A stretch of DNA of 63,745 nt, the filler included, from Choristocarpus tenellus KU-1152 (Eukaryota > Protista > Phaeophyceae), in NCBI GenBank assembly GCA_964200185.2. It is 11 parts of 11 records of this genome, joined end to end, with 100 filler letters (N's around TTAATTAATTAA, not from the genome) between each part and the next. Parts side by side here need not be neighbours in the genome. Positions count along the whole stretch, not along the records: positions 60,868 to 63,745 come from CAXNAD020023981.1; 10 more parts are not named here. The stretch is one strand, 5' to 3'. Within the stretch, counting starts at the first letter, position 1; the number at the start of each line of letters is the position of its first letter. The notes beneath the pieces are model-generated. The model was not told the DNA's origin, made no database searches, and worked only from the letters and a program-made list of their open reading frames with translations. Shown here one piece after another: positions 63,599-63,745 of the stretch. The position numbers and the translations under genes are program-made.

Positions 63599-63745
63599 GT
63601 TGTATTGAGACAGAAGAGGGTAGGTATTGGATGTGTCTGTGAGGTATTGGATGTGTTTGCCCAGAATGGTTGTGTGTGTGAGAAAGAAAGACTTGTGTGT
63701 GAAGTGCTTGCCTGTGTTTAGCATAGACCCAAAGTATCTGGGGGG

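Noticed and set aside
1-63745. Fanzor/TnpB, endogenous giant-virus genes, tRNA, rRNA or CRISPR
   Set aside because: No RuvC/zinc-finger motif set, viral hallmark gene, structured RNA gene or repeat-spacer array was recognised by eye.

Overview
This is eukaryotic, intron-rich nuclear DNA, most likely from a photosynthetic stramenopile such as a brown alga or close relative. The evidence is GT-AG genes with many long introns, bipartite plastid-targeting presequences (A-F cleavage motif), a Tom70 gene and scattered TTAGGG repeats. The window is not one continuous locus: ten 100-bp linkers (44 N + TTAATTAATTAA + 44 N) join eleven segments, and genes break off at the linkers. Genes assembled by hand: 5' part of MCM7 (5 exons), middle of TOM70 (8 exons, one GC-AG intron), a GEP4/PGPP1-type HAD phosphatidylglycerophosphate phosphatase (3 exons), a complete 2-exon plastid-targeted protein of unknown function, the last exon of RTF1, and a complete 8-exon class I heme peroxidase. 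The peroxidase has cytochrome c peroxidase signatures but a plastid/thylakoid-lumen-type presequence. Mobile DNA includes a decayed plant-mariner-like (DD39D-related, here D40D) transposase, a Ty1/copia RNase H remnant and a dense set of related MITE families sharing a GRNNSAAAGTATCT/G-tract terminus, which sit at many segment ends. No rRNA, tRNA or CRISPR array was recognised. I found no convincing new multi-gene system; the best leads are the peroxidase and the MITE clan.
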